Shown piece after piece: positions 9,415 to 20,393 of a stretch of 64,000 bases of DNA. Below the pieces are notes generated by a model. That model saw only the letters and a program-made list of their open reading frames with translations. It had not been told where the DNA came from and made no database searches. This DNA comes from Pelagomonas calceolata (Eukaryota), in assembly GCA_918797485.1 (NCBI GenBank), contig CAKKNE010000002.1:5642001-5706000 (forward strand). The letters are read 5' to 3'. A program made the position numbers and the translations under genes. Positions within the stretch are counted from its first letter, which is position 1; the number at the start of each line of letters is the position of its first letter.

Positions 9415-10518
9415 TTAGGCGCGAGTCCTAGATAGCGCAAATGGAGATTTCGGAGGGGAAACCGGACACGCCGTCGTGAACACGGTGGTCGGGTCCGCCG
9501 GGAGCGCGGGCGGCTCGCTCCCCGGCGCAAGCGTCGCTAGGGGTCGCCCGAGATTCAGCTTCTCCTCGCCGGCACTGATTTCTGCGGAGCCACCGGTCGC
9601 GAGGTAGGCGGTGCCCGGCGCCGCCTCCGCGCCCGCGTCGACGGCGCCGCCCTCCCCATGTGTGCCGTTCGGCGTCGCGGCGAAGGTGACCGACGACGCG
9701 GGGCGCCAGCCGCCCGCCTCGGACCACGCCCACGCGGGGCCGAACCGCGCGCGGCGCTCGTGGTACACGCTCCGGCCGTCGCGCCGGAAGTCCTCGACGA
9801 ACGAGTTGATCTTCGGCCCCAACGTACCATCCTTCGGGCGCACGAGCTTGAACGACGCGAGGTGCGTCCACGCGTCCTCGCCGTCGGGCCAGATCCACGC
9901 GCCGTAGCACGCGCCGCCGTCGTCGCAGCGGCGCATCATCACGCAAAACCGCAGTCGCTGGCCCGCGGTCCAGCCCGCGCCGTAGTCAATGCACTGCAGC
10001 CCGGTGCCCTCCCCGCCGAACCGCCGGACGACGACATGCGCGTTCTCGTACAAAACCGCGGCGCGATCGGCGACGGCCGCGGTCTCACCTTCATTCGCAT
10101 CCCAGACCGAGAACAGCACGCGTCGATGGTCGCCGTGGTCCTGGACACCAAAATACCCGTCCGCGAAGCCGACGGCCATGAAGAAGCTCCCAGGCGCGTG
10201 CTGCTCCACGACGCACTCGTTGTAGAACGCCTGCGCCGCGCCGCCGCCGCCGAAATGAAAATCCAGGTGCACCGACCGCGCGGCCGTGAATCGCGGGGGC
10301 CGGGGCTCGAAGCTCCGCCAATCATTTTCGAGCAATAATGTCGCTGCATGGTCCGTGCTCCCGCCGCCTATCGCGAGCGTGCGGCGGAGCGCCGACGCCG
10401 GTACGTGAGGAAACATGGCCGCGAGCGTGGCGATGGCCGCGTCCGCCGCGGCGTCCCGGTCCAGCATTTCCTCCTCATGGCGCACGGCACCGCGTAACCC
10501 AGGCGCGGCCGGCTGCAT
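9415..10518 (-). CDS. CUE domain plus DUF3472-like protein
   Basis: LAAMFP (CUE). FMAVGF.DGYFGVQ...RRVLFSVWD, RFGGEGTG and SFVEDF resemble DUF3472. Confidence 0.65.
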   Translation of the reverse strand: MQPAAPGLRGAVRHEEEMLDRDAAADAAIATLAAMFPHVPASALRRTLAIGGGSTDHAATLLLENDWRSFEPRPPRFTAARSVHLDFHFGGGGAAQAFYNECVVEQHAPGSFFMAVGFADGYFGVQDHGDHRRVLFSVWDANEGETAAVADRAAVLYENAHVVVRRFGGEGTGLQCIDYGAGWTAGQRLRFCVMMRRCDDGGACYGAWIWPDGEDAWTHLASFKLVRPKDGTLGPKINSFVEDFRRDGRSVYHERRARFGPAWAWSEAGGWRPASSVTFAATPNGTHGEGGAVDAGAEAAPGTAYLATGGSAEISAGEEKLNLGRPLATLAPGSEPPALPADPTTVFTTACPVSPPKSPFALSRTRA

Positions 10519-10679
10519 CAATTATGTGCCACTATCAATAATCAATTGTGTGATTCACGCATGTATTGATTGATGTCGCGGCGTCGGCGGCCAGCGTAGC
10601 TTCAGAGTGACTATCCTTATTGACCTCACGAGAGCACGAGTAGAGCAGAGTAGAGCACGAGTAGAATTAGGTTAGGCAG

Positions 10680-10700
10680 CTAGCGGTAGTAAGACACTAG
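10680..10700 (+). promoter_or_regulatory. CTAG-bipartite promoter motif
   Basis: CTAGCGGTAGTAAGACACTAG, between divergent genes. Confidence 0.65.
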
Positions 10701-10811
10701 CAAGCCAGGAGCAGCGGCTCTTTACGACGGCTGCATGCCCGAATTCATGGCATACACGCGACGACACCGACGCGTCTAACCCCGGGCAGCCTCGACACCA
10801 CCGATCAGGGG

Positions 10812-11996
10812 ATGAGGGCAGCCCTGCTCGTCGCAGCAGCCACAGCGCAGCTCTACGAGCCCGACATCACACCCCAAGAACCACAAAGACGCTTCGTCGT
10901 CACGGCGGGCTGCCCTGCTACACTAAACGCCACGTCCCAGATCCGCCTTTTTGTGGCTGTGCCGTCGGCCGCATCTTATACGCACCGGCGCCAGTGGGCG
11001 CGCGCGTCCTGGTGCCACGAAGCGAGACGATTGAGCATAGCGGTCAAGTTTTTTGTTGGATCGAATTCTGAAATAGACGACCTGCGGTATGGCGACATAG
11101 TAAGGGTACCGAGCTGGGACGGCCAGGACAATGTGACTAGCAAACAATTGCACTCGATGCGCTACTTCGCCAGCCTTTGTGGCGATACGGTGCGCGACTG
11201 GCCTTTGCGTGATGATGTTATAAAACCGACGCACTACATGCGCGTCGAGGACGACGTCTACCCCTTCGTTTCCACTGTGATTGAGGAACTCACTCAAAAA
11301 CACATCCGAGCCGTGCCCCGGCCGTTTGATGTCCAAGAACCCTTCCTCTGGGCTTTGATCATCCAGGGCAAGCCGCCCTACCCCGCCGGCTCGGGATTCG
11401 TGTTATCTGCCGATGTGGTGAGAGCCGTGGCCGCCGCCGATGCCGTTATAGAGTGGGACACGGGCGCGCCCGCGCCGGAACAGACCCAAAAACCGAGCTG
11501 GGGCAAGGGCGGCTGGCGCCACACGCCCTACATGGACGGGAGCTGGTCGACGGACGACGCGTTCGTCGGCTTGCTGGTCGCGCCGTTCCGCGTGCACAAG
11601 TACGACGATCGGCGCTTCCACGAGGCGCCCGGCGCCGGCGCCATCAACGGCTGGCCCGCGTCGGCCAATTCTATTGTGGTTGCGGGGTTGAGGGAGTGGC
11701 TGGACTTCTTCCTGCTTGGACAGAGGGACTTCGACGGCTTTAATCAGAGAAGAGGCACGCCGGGTTTAGATCATCACGCCGACGGGACGTCGTCCTTAAT
11801 GATGGAGGTGAACGGGATTCAGCACCGAATAGACTTCGATTCCTGCGCGGGCATGGGCGAGGCGGCGGCCGCGGCGTGCGTCTCATTCAGTCTCGACGCG
11901 CCGACGTGCGCGTCGCTCACGGCGCACTTCCGCCGGGCCTGCGGCGCGGCCGAGGTCCACAAGGGCGCCGTCCTGTCCGGGCGGTTAGATTTTTAA
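10812..11996 (+). CDS. Glycosyltransferase, GT31/galactosyltransferase-like; signal peptide
   Basis: RRQWARASW, YGDIV, MRVEDDVY, PPYPAGSGFVLS.DVV and DDAFVG. Confidence 0.7.
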   Translation: MRAALLVAAATAQLYEPDITPQEPQRRFVVTAGCPATLNATSQIRLFVAVPSAASYTHRRQWARASWCHEARRLSIAVKFFVGSNSEIDDLRYGDIVRVPSWDGQDNVTSKQLHSMRYFASLCGDTVRDWPLRDDVIKPTHYMRVEDDVYPFVSTVIEELTQKHIRAVPRPFDVQEPFLWALIIQGKPPYPAGSGFVLSADVVRAVAAADAVIEWDTGAPAPEQTQKPSWGKGGWRHTPYMDGSWSTDDAFVGLLVAPFRVHKYDDRRFHEAPGAGAINGWPASANSIVVAGLREWLDFFLLGQRDFDGFNQRRGTPGLDHHADGTSSLMMEVNGIQHRIDFDSCAGMGEAAAAACVSFSLDAPTCASLTAHFRRACGAAEVHKGAVLSGRLDF

Positions 11997-12145
11997 TGTG
12001 AATGTAATCGTAGCATCCGAGGTAGGCTCGTCGCGGCGACGGCGCGGTAGCAGCAAGTGTAGCAGCACGCCGTGTAGCAGCGACTAGCTGGCAGCGGCGC
12101 AGAAACATCTATGTGTAAACGTGAATTTAGGCCCCCACCACAACA

Positions 12146-14872
12146 TCAGGCGGGGTGGACGACCTCGCCGGGCCCGAGCACGTCCGTGTCCGCGTCGTCG
12201 CCGTCCGTGACCTCGTCCTCGTCGTCGTTGTTGAACAGTTCGTCGAAGGTCAGGTAGTCTTCCATCGAGTCCCTCTGGTGCACGGCAATATCACAATGCG
12301 TGGCGTCGGCCAACACCACCGCGTCGGCCTCGTCCGCGACGTGGTCGATAATCTTGGAATTCAAAAAATCGTTGCGCTTGATCTGCAATTCCACGTCGAA
12401 GGGCACGTCATCTATAAGTAGTCTAATAACTAAAACCACACACGCAAAGAAGCCGCAGCAGACCATGAAGACGCAGTCCAGCTGGTGCTTCGTCGGAGAA
12501 TGCTCGGGCCAGCCGCCGCCCCAGCGCTCCGGCCAGTATTTTGGAATGACCCTGGTACGATATATAATCGACAAAAAGGACGACATGACGCCCGTGTAGT
12601 TCATCAGTTCGAAGATCGATTGATACGTACCGATATCTTCCACCCCATACGGCTGTATGCGTCGATACGTACATAAATATTTGTAACCATCAGTACGCAT
12701 CTGGAACATGTTGTTCACAAACGCCATCAAAGGCGCGCCCGGGAACGCCGCCGAAAACAGGGTGATATACCCGTACTGCGTCGCTTCTTGGGTGGTGGCC
12801 TTGATGTTGTCGAGCTGCTCATCGCACTCGACCATCATATAACTATTCTCCGGGACCGACACTTTTTGTTCTTCGCCGTGGGCGTCGATGCCTCCTTCTC
12901 GAGCCATCTTTTTGTATAACTTGAGGTAGGGTAACGCAAACCCGGTCATATTTGTCGATACGATGACTGACGCTAACAGTATAATTAACGACTTCTGTAA
13001 TTTTTCGAACTTATCTTGCTTATGACCCGGCATCTTCATGAAGAAAATGACATAGAACAACGAAAAATAGGAATTGATGAAGTTGAACGCCGTCAGCTTG
13101 GCAATCAACTTATCCGCGTAGACCGTGTCGGTCATCCAGTTCTCCGCGTCCGTGAGTCTTACGGCTATCCTCTCGTACCCCTCCTTAAATAACAAAATAC
13201 CGAAGGAATTCAGCACCGTCGCAATCATGTAGAACTTCTGGTCGAACCCCAAACCTTTGAGGCCGAAATAGAGTTCCGTCCCCTCTTCCGTCTTCATCCA
13301 GACGCAGAGTAGCAGGAACAATAAGTTGACGGCGATGCAGAGGCACGTCACCCAGACGCCGCAGAGCGTCCGCCGTCGCCGCTTGTAGGGCGGGTAGAAG
13401 GCGCCCGGCCGGCCGCTCACGGGGTCGTGCATGTCGTGCAGGCCCTTGAACTGGGGCCGCCGTTGTTCCTTTTCCTCGTAGCCCACCATGCCCCATTCTA
13501 ACGCATAAGTCCTCTCCGTGCGCTTCCAGATCTCCGTATTACAGATCGACCACAAGGCCACGACGGCCGCGTAGATGACGATGGAACCGGAAGCGGTAAT
13601 CTCGTACTTCTCCCGCTCCCCGCTTTTCGCGTGGATGGCCGCCCACCACAACATGACGACAATCCCGAAGACGGCCATCAAGCCATAGCCTTGCGTGATA
13701 TGCGCCTTGAAGGCCATGAGCAGGCCCTGCTTCTCGCCGAAGTATTCTTTGTACGCTTCCAGGGGCATGCGCTGCGGCGGCGTGGCCCACGGGGCTCGAA
13801 CCCAGACGTCAAAAAGGTACTTGCGTTCCGTACGATCATGCATCGCCAACGCGGCTAGCAACGTTTCCCGCGTCGCGCCGTGCTTGCCCTTGGCCACGTG
13901 CTTCTCTATTGGTATATTTGCCCCACCTTTGGATCTATCGTCGTTGAGGCAGCTCCATATTAACTTTAATCTACGCATCGAATTAAATAAAGAGCGCTCG
14001 GACACGCCCCCGTGGTACGCGTGCTCGTGCGTCCTCAAGTAGAGCGGCTCGAGCTCTTCCTTCGTGTCGAACTTGCCGTGGATGTATTCAAAGGCCCGGA
14101 ATCTAGAAAAGGCGTGCGCGCCGTCGGCCGGCGGCGTCCGTTCCGGGATATCCATGGGCGCGATGTGCTGTTCGGGCAATCCTCGTCTGGCCAGTGTTCG
14201 TAACCTAGCTTCATGTAACGGCATCTGGAAGTCGATGTTGTCCGCTTGATTGCGCAACCTTTCGTGCGTCGCGCCCACTCGGACGTAGATCTCGTCCTCC
14301 TGCGTCGATAGGTAGGACGACGTCACGAGCCCGGCGAGTTGGGCCTTCTTCACGAAGACTTCGTGGTTGAAAGGTTTTTTCTTCCGGTGGTGCCGCCAGT
14401 GCGTCTTCCGCGGCGTGAAATCTTTTCTGGGAGGCTCGGCTGCCTCCTCACTTAGTTTCTTTCGATCTTCGTCGGATATGGTCCGAAACACAAAGGTCAT
14501 GTCCCAGTAGATGCGGCAGGGGTCCTCGGCGTCCTTCAAGGCTTCTTCCGCCAAGGATGGGAAGGGTTTGATGTCCGTCGTAGCGACCGTCTTCGGCTTG
14601 GACACGAGGGCCCCCTCCAGTTCGTCGGCGACCTCGTGCAGGCGCTGCGCCAAGCGACTGGGAGACGTATACGTCGGCGACCCGTCCTCGGTCTTCTTCC
14701 ACCACTGCTTCGGACTACCTGAAATGGAGGGCGCGAGCGTCTTGCGCATCTCCTGGTCGAACTCGGCGATGATGTTGTCGATGTCCGCCGGCGACGCCGG
14801 CGTGTGCGTGTAGTCGTAGTCCTCGTCCTCCTCGGACGAGGCGTCCTCGAGGGAGTCGTCGTTGTCGGCCAT
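12146..14872 (-). CDS. Anoctamin/TMEM16 family protein (paralog A)
   Basis: EYFGEK, LTDAENW, FNFINSYFSLFY, QYGYITLFSAAFP and DIG, with multiple TM helices. Likely start MADNDDS at 14872. Confidence 0.9.
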   Translation of the reverse strand: MADNDDSLEDASSEEDEDYDYTHTPASPADIDNIIAEFDQEMRKTLAPSISGSPKQWWKKTEDGSPTYTSPSRLAQRLHEVADELEGALVSKPKTVATTDIKPFPSLAEEALKDAEDPCRIYWDMTFVFRTISDEDRKKLSEEAAEPPRKDFTPRKTHWRHHRKKKPFNHEVFVKKAQLAGLVTSSYLSTQEDEIYVRVGATHERLRNQADNIDFQMPLHEARLRTLARRGLPEQHIAPMDIPERTPPADGAHAFSRFRAFEYIHGKFDTKEELEPLYLRTHEHAYHGGVSERSLFNSMRRLKLIWSCLNDDRSKGGANIPIEKHVAKGKHGATRETLLAALAMHDRTERKYLFDVWVRAPWATPPQRMPLEAYKEYFGEKQGLLMAFKAHITQGYGLMAVFGIVVMLWWAAIHAKSGEREKYEITASGSIVIYAAVVALWSICNTEIWKRTERTYALEWGMVGYEEKEQRRPQFKGLHDMHDPVSGRPGAFYPPYKRRRRTLCGVWVTCLCIAVNLLFLLLCVWMKTEEGTELYFGLKGLGFDQKFYMIATVLNSFGILLFKEGYERIAVRLTDAENWMTDTVYADKLIAKLTAFNFINSYFSLFYVIFFMKMPGHKQDKFEKLQKSLIILLASVIVSTNMTGFALPYLKLYKKMAREGGIDAHGEEQKVSVPENSYMMVECDEQLDNIKATTQEATQYGYITLFSAAFPGAPLMAFVNNMFQMRTDGYKYLCTYRRIQPYGVEDIGTYQSIFELMNYTGVMSSFLSIIYRTRVIPKYWPERWGGGWPEHSPTKHQLDCVFMVCCGFFACVVLVIRLLIDDVPFDVELQIKRNDFLNSKIIDHVADEADAVVLADATHCDIAVHQRDSMEDYLTFDELFNNDDEDEVTDGDDADTDVLGPGEVVHPA

Positions 14873-15351
14873 GGCGGTGAAGCTGTTCCCTACGGTGCTT
14901 GTTAATACGCGGCGCGGGGCAGCCGCGCCCGCGGCGGGTTTCGATCTGTTTGCTGCGGAGGTCGGCCGGCTCCGGCGCGCTGCCCTTTGCAGCACCCGGC
15001 GACGTTCGCTTCTCGGCGGCGCTCCTAGATGTTGCAGCGCCGTGCGGGGCGCTTTTGCGCGAGCGCGGCCTTCCGGTTTGCATGTCCTTTGGCAGATCAT
15101 TAGGAGTCCGGGACCGGGTGGGTCGCCTCCGGGACGTTCCGGGGTGATTTCCTAGCGCGCCGTCGACGCGCGCGCAGGCTGCGAGCTATCTAGACACCGG
15201 GTTTGATCGAATGGAATTAGTCGGTCGGTCGATCGGATCATCGGCGTACGATCATCGCTCGGGGGTGGATACGTGCGTCGGGGCCGTCGACGCGGTGACT
15301 GCGACCGCGACGACCGCGAACGCGACAGCGCCGGCGAGGCGGCGCGAGCGC

Positions 15352-16086
15352 TCACGACGTGGCGCGCCAGTAGTTGAGCACGCGCCACAACACCGGATTG
15401 GGCAGCGTCACGAGCCGGCGAAGACCAGCGTCGCGCGTCTTTGCCCGACCGCGGACGACGAGCGCCCGCAGCACGAACAGGTCGACGTGGGGTCGTCGCA
15501 CGAATGCCTTCCACGACCCCGCGGCCCGGATGCAGTCGAACGTGTCGCGGCAGGCGATCCAATTCTGCTCTTCACAGACCTCGGGCCGGAGCCGCTCGAT
15601 GCGCCACATCCGCATCTCAACGTCCTCCGAGCCGCAGATGCGGTCGACGCGGGCACCGCCCCGAAGCAGGGCCCGGATCACGGCGAGCGCCGGGAACCGC
15701 GAGGGCCGCAGGCTCAGCGCCTCGATGGCGACCATGAGCGGCGTCTTGCTCCCTGCGCCCGCCGCGGTCCGCGCGTTCGGAGCGGCACCACTCGCCAGGA
15801 GCGCCTCGACGAGGTCCAGCGAGAAGGCGCCGCGCGCCCGCGCCGCCGCGTGCAGGGGCGACCCGTATCCGCTAGCCTTTAGCGGATTCGGGTCGGCGCC
15901 CCGCGCGAGGAGTCGTCGCGCCAGCTTTACATGACGTTCGCGGATGAGCGGCGCCGACACCGTTTTGACCAGGAGGCCCGTGAGGAGCTCGCGCCTCTCG
16001 TCGTCGTCGTCTTTCTCATCATGTTCGGCGAGCCAAGCTTCGACGGGAGACAAGGTGAAGACGCGCTCCCTCGGCTGGCGTGACAT
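15352..16086 (-). CDS. Ankyrin-repeat protein
   Basis: LLARGADPN, SPLHAAA, LLASGAAPN, TPLMVA and LLRGGARVD. Confidence 0.75.
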   Translation of the reverse strand: MSRQPRERVFTLSPVEAWLAEHDEKDDDDERRELLTGLLVKTVSAPLIRERHVKLARRLLARGADPNPLKASGYGSPLHAAARARGAFSLDLVEALLASGAAPNARTAAGAGSKTPLMVAIEALSLRPSRFPALAVIRALLRGGARVDRICGSEDVEMRMWRIERLRPEVCEEQNWIACRDTFDCIRAAGSWKAFVRRPHVDLFVLRALVVRGRAKTRDAGLRRLVTLPNPVLWRVLNYWRATS

Positions 16087-16343
16087 CCGCTGGGAGCTCC
16101 CCTCACGGGCGGCGGTTTCGCTGCCAAGATGTTAAGCCCTATCCATTTTGCATCTATGGCGCCCCCGTGGCCGTACCAAAAAGGTTTGCGGCGGCGCGTC
16201 AATGTGTGGGCCCTAAGGCAAGCAACGTAACCTTACACAAGCCCGTGGGCTAGCCGGTAGCGAAGTTGCCTTTTTCGTGGCGATGTTAAGTGGGTCTATC
16301 TCCTAGAGTAAGGCGCCCGGGAGGAAGGAAAGGGAGGCGAGAC

Positions 16344-19064
16344 CTAGGCATCGGCCTTGGGCGAAGCGTCGGGCGGAGCAGCCCGGGGCGAGACGGGCCG
16401 CAAAGGCCGCGGCGAGATTTCTTCGACTTTTCTTACAGCCTCTTCCAATCCTCTTCCAAAGAGCTTGTCGTAGGTCGAGTAGGGCTCCATCGTGTCCCGG
16501 TCTTTCACTTCGACGGCCACCGTCAAAGCCGTCGGCGACAGGGCCGTGTCGGCCTCGTCCGCGACGTGGTCGATGATCTTGGAGTTGAGGAAGTCGTTGC
16601 GCTTGATCTGGAGTTCCACGTCAAACGGCACGTCGTCGATCAGCACCCGCAGCATGAGCATGAACCCGAAGTAGAAGGAGCAGATGACCATGAAGACGAC
16701 GTCCTCCTGGTGCCGCGACGGCTCCGCGCCCCACTTCGCCGGCCAGTAGTTCTTCAGGACGTCCGTGCGGTAGACTATCGCTAGGAACGACGACGCGATG
16801 CCCAGATAGTTCATGAGCTCAAAAATGGACTGGAACGTGCCGATGTCTTCGAACCCGAACGGCTGGATCCTTCGGTACGTACAGAGGTACTTGTAGGCGT
16901 CCATCCTTAATCCGACCAAGTTGTTGATGCACGTCATGAGCGGTGCGAGCGGAAACGCCGCCGAAAATAACGTAACATACCCGTACTGCGTCGCCTCCAT
17001 CGTCGTCGCCTTGATGTTGTCCAGCTGCTCGTCGCATTCGACGAGTAAGTACTCGACGCCGGGCGTCGACATCTCGTTCACGCGCGCGACGCCGTTCTCG
17101 TCCCGCTCCAGGCCGCCCTCCGTCTTCATTTTTACGATGAGCTGGATGTAAGGGACGATAAAATTAGTTATGTTCTGCGCGAAGATCTGGGTAGCTAGCA
17201 AAATCCCCAAATCCTGCTGGAGCTTGCGGAAGGCGCCCATGCGGCACGGGCCCTTGTTTTCTTTCCCCTCATTGCCGAAGGCCCAGCAGTAAAAAAAGAT
17301 CGTAAAAAATAAGGAGAAGTAGCTGTTCACAAAGTTGAAGACTGATAGGCGCGAGATGAGTTTATCCGCATATACAGTGTCGGTCATCCAGTTCTCCGCA
17401 TCGGTTAATTTGACGGCGACTTTTTCATACGCTAATTTGAAGACGATGATGCCGACCGAGTTCACGAGCGCACCGGCGGTCGCGTTCTGCTTCTTGTAGT
17501 AGACGCAGCCGACCAAAAACGCCACGGATAACCCGAGGCAGATTAACGTCACAAGCTTCGCGAACGCGACGCGACACGTCCGTCTATGCGGCGGGAAGAA
17601 CGCGCCCGGCCGTCCGGTCACGGCGTCGTCCATGTCGGGAATGCCCTTGAACTGCGGCCGTCTAGCTTGTTGCGCCTCGAAGCCGACCATGCCCCACTTC
17701 AAAGCTAGTTCGCGCTCCTGCCTTCTCCAGCTCTCCATGCTCAGCACGCTCCACAACCCCACCACGCACGCATAAATGAACACAGACCCATCTCCAGTAA
17801 TGGAACCCGTGTTGGCCCACCACAACATCACGACGATGCCAAACAAAGACATCATGAGGTAGCCCGTCGTGATGTGGGCCTTGAACGCCATGAGCAAGCC
17901 CTGCTTCTCGCCGAAGTATTCCTTGTAGGCCTCGAGCGGCATGCCCTCGAGGTAGCAGTCGCAGCAGAACGGCAGCATGCCCTGCAAATCAATGCGCGAC
18001 GGCAGCGTGAAGATCGACGCGCGGACCCAGTGCTCGTATAAAGCTTTGCGCTCCCGCTGGTTGTGCATCGCCAGGGCGGCTAAGATCTTCTTCTGTTGGA
18101 CGCGCTTCTCGACCGCAACGCCCGCACCTCCCAGCGACGGCTCATCATTAATGCAAGACCACATCAGCTTCAACCGACGCATCGAATTGAACAGCGTCCT
18201 TTCTTGACTGTTGTCTCCCCTAAACCCCGTGTGCTCATGCGTACGTCTATAAAGAGGTGCTAATTCTTCCGACGTGTCGTACTTGCCGTTGATGTGCTGG
18301 TAGGCTCTGAATCTACTAAAAGTCTTCTCGCCGTCCTCGGGAGGCGTCCGTTCGGGAATCTTCATCGGCTCGATTTGATACTGCGGTAATCCGGCCTCGC
18401 AGACTAATCTCAATCGATCCTCATCGAGCGGCGTCGGAAAATTAATGTTGTCCGCCTGGATGCATAACCTCTCGTGCGTCGCCCCGACGCGAACGTAGAT
18501 CTCGTCTTTTTGTATCGATAGATAGGCCGACGTAACGAGCCCGGCCGCCGTGACCTTGCCGATGAAGTCCGTGTGATCAAACTGGTGCTTCTTCTTCTTC
18601 TTCAGTCGTTTTTTGACTGCGGCCTTCATATCGCCCAGTGCTTGTTGGAAGTCGCTCTTCGGCTCCTCAGCGTCGTCCTTCTTCTCCTTCTTCACGGGGA
18701 AGACGAAGGTCATGTCCCAGTAGATGCGGGTGGGGTCCTCGGGGTCCTTCTGTTGCTCTTGCGCTAAGGGCGGGTAGGACGCGCGTTTTGGCGACGGGGG
18801 AATGGACTTGATCTTCTGGGCGTGCTTCGCGAGCTTCCAGAAGTCGGGCTTCGTGCCTCGTACGGACGAGACCGGTTCGACGGGCGGCGGCGGCGGCTCG
18901 TCGGCTTTCTTGCCAAAGGTGACCAAAGCTGCCGCCTTGCGCCAGCGCCACCAGCCCGGCTGTTCATTTTGTGCGGCCTCGAGGGCGTCGGCCGCCGCTT
19001 CCAACTGCGTGTCCTCCTCGGTGGCCTCCTCGAAGGCGTTCTCTCCCGTTTGTTCGTCGGCCAT
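16344..19064 (-). CDS. Anoctamin/TMEM16 family protein (paralog B)
   Basis: Same anoctamin motifs, with long blocks identical to paralog A (MPLEAYKEYFGEKQGLLMAFKAHIT; LIDDVPFDVELQIKRNDFLNSKIIDHVADEAD). Confidence 0.9.
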   Translation of the reverse strand: MADEQTGENAFEEATEEDTQLEAAADALEAAQNEQPGWWRWRKAAALVTFGKKADEPPPPPVEPVSSVRGTKPDFWKLAKHAQKIKSIPPSPKRASYPPLAQEQQKDPEDPTRIYWDMTFVFPVKKEKKDDAEEPKSDFQQALGDMKAAVKKRLKKKKKHQFDHTDFIGKVTAAGLVTSAYLSIQKDEIYVRVGATHERLCIQADNINFPTPLDEDRLRLVCEAGLPQYQIEPMKIPERTPPEDGEKTFSRFRAYQHINGKYDTSEELAPLYRRTHEHTGFRGDNSQERTLFNSMRRLKLMWSCINDEPSLGGAGVAVEKRVQQKKILAALAMHNQRERKALYEHWVRASIFTLPSRIDLQGMLPFCCDCYLEGMPLEAYKEYFGEKQGLLMAFKAHITTGYLMMSLFGIVVMLWWANTGSITGDGSVFIYACVVGLWSVLSMESWRRQERELALKWGMVGFEAQQARRPQFKGIPDMDDAVTGRPGAFFPPHRRTCRVAFAKLVTLICLGLSVAFLVGCVYYKKQNATAGALVNSVGIIVFKLAYEKVAVKLTDAENWMTDTVYADKLISRLSVFNFVNSYFSLFFTIFFYCWAFGNEGKENKGPCRMGAFRKLQQDLGILLATQIFAQNITNFIVPYIQLIVKMKTEGGLERDENGVARVNEMSTPGVEYLLVECDEQLDNIKATTMEATQYGYVTLFSAAFPLAPLMTCINNLVGLRMDAYKYLCTYRRIQPFGFEDIGTFQSIFELMNYLGIASSFLAIVYRTDVLKNYWPAKWGAEPSRHQEDVVFMVICSFYFGFMLMLRVLIDDVPFDVELQIKRNDFLNSKIIDHVADEADTALSPTALTVAVEVKDRDTMEPYSTYDKLFGRGLEEAVRKVEEISPRPLRPVSPRAAPPDASPKADA

Positions 19065-19408
19065 GCTTGCTATGCTAGGCTGCCCTGGCTCGATCTTATT
19101 TGTAGGGGGCTGCCCTTGTCTCGGCTGCCGCGGCTAGCGAGTGCGCGTCGTTGGCGTGATGTCTCGCGGTGCGCTGCGTCCTGTAGCCGTCGGCGACGTG
19201 TGGTAATTGTTGTGGGTGTGCGAGCCAAACTTTGGGAGGACGTGCGGGTTGTAAAATCCAGCGGACGTTTTTTCGGCTCGTTCGTACACCTCTGGACCGA
19301 TCCGGAGACGCCTGGACTGCTAAGCCGAGGCCGCCGTCCGACGTCCGGCCGGCAGGCGTCCTCCAAAATTGGCCGCGCCGCTGCGTTTTGCGCGAGGACA
19401 TCTCAAGG

Positions 19409-20320
19409 ATGGTGAGTAAGGCTGCTCGGCGCGGCTTTAGCGTAGCGGTCGACGAGAGCTTCGGAAAACGAGATGCGTGGTCCACCCGTCGCCTGGGCCT
19501 GCAGACACAATGCTGGCCCTAGCTGGCTTTGGCCGGCGCGACGCGCTGCGCGTGTCTGGAGCGCAGCCATTGCTGAAAGACACTCCTCGCGTCGGCGCGG
19601 CGCCGCCAGAAGCGTAGCGCTTGCCGACACACACACTACCCGCGCCGCCGCCGCGGCGCGGCTTTTCGAGAAAAATTCCACATTTTCACCCGCCGACACA
19701 CCCACCCGCGCGTCGCTGCCTCGCACTCGTTGATTTATTCGCCGCCGCCGCGCGCCCGCCACGCATCGCATCGATCCCTTCCTCACTCGCGCGAGAGTGC
19801 TCACGACCATACATCCGTAGGCGACCGGCATCGGCGTCGCCGACGCCGTGATCCAGAAGTTCGACTCCTTCAAGCTCAAGAAGGCGGGTGATGTGAAGAT
19901 CATCACGCTGAAGATCGACGGCAAGGCTGTAGTGATTGACCAGGAGTACCCGCGGTCGACGACGTGGGAGTCGTTCCATGCGGACCAGTTGGGGGGCGCG
20001 CTTGAGACGGAGCCCCGCTACGTGCTCCTGGACCACGACTACACGACGACGGACGGCCGGCCCGCGGACAAGATCATTTTGATCTCGTGGATCCCCGACA
20101 CGTCGCCGGTGATGAAGAAGATGTTTGTCCGCGGCGTCTACCTTTGCGACGCGACGCGCTGCCTCCCATACGCCATCGACGCGATACCCCGCGCAGGAAG
20201 TACGCCGGCACGAAGGAGGCGGTCAAGAGCGCGCTGCAGGGCATCGCCATCAACCTCAACGCGACGGACATGGCCGAGGCGGCGCTCTCGGAGATCGAGG
20301 CGGCGTGCAAGAAGATCTAG
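19409..20320 (+). CDS. ADF/cofilin; exons 19409-19411, 19821-20122, 20197-20320
   Basis: ATG|GTGAGT...TAG|GCG gives MATGIGVAD. PRYVLLD, DKIILISWIPD and the spliced KKMKYAGTK match cofilin. Confidence 0.85.
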
Positions 20321-20393
20321 GCGCGCGTAGCGCCTTCTTGTAGTAATTCCCGGCTCGTAGTATATCCGTACTATGTCAATCAAAAGTTACTCA

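Noticed and set aside
10534..10665. AT-rich inverted repeat and GAGTAGAGCAC micro-repeats
   Set aside because: They are short, have no RNA-gene motifs, and are likely promoter low-complexity sequence.
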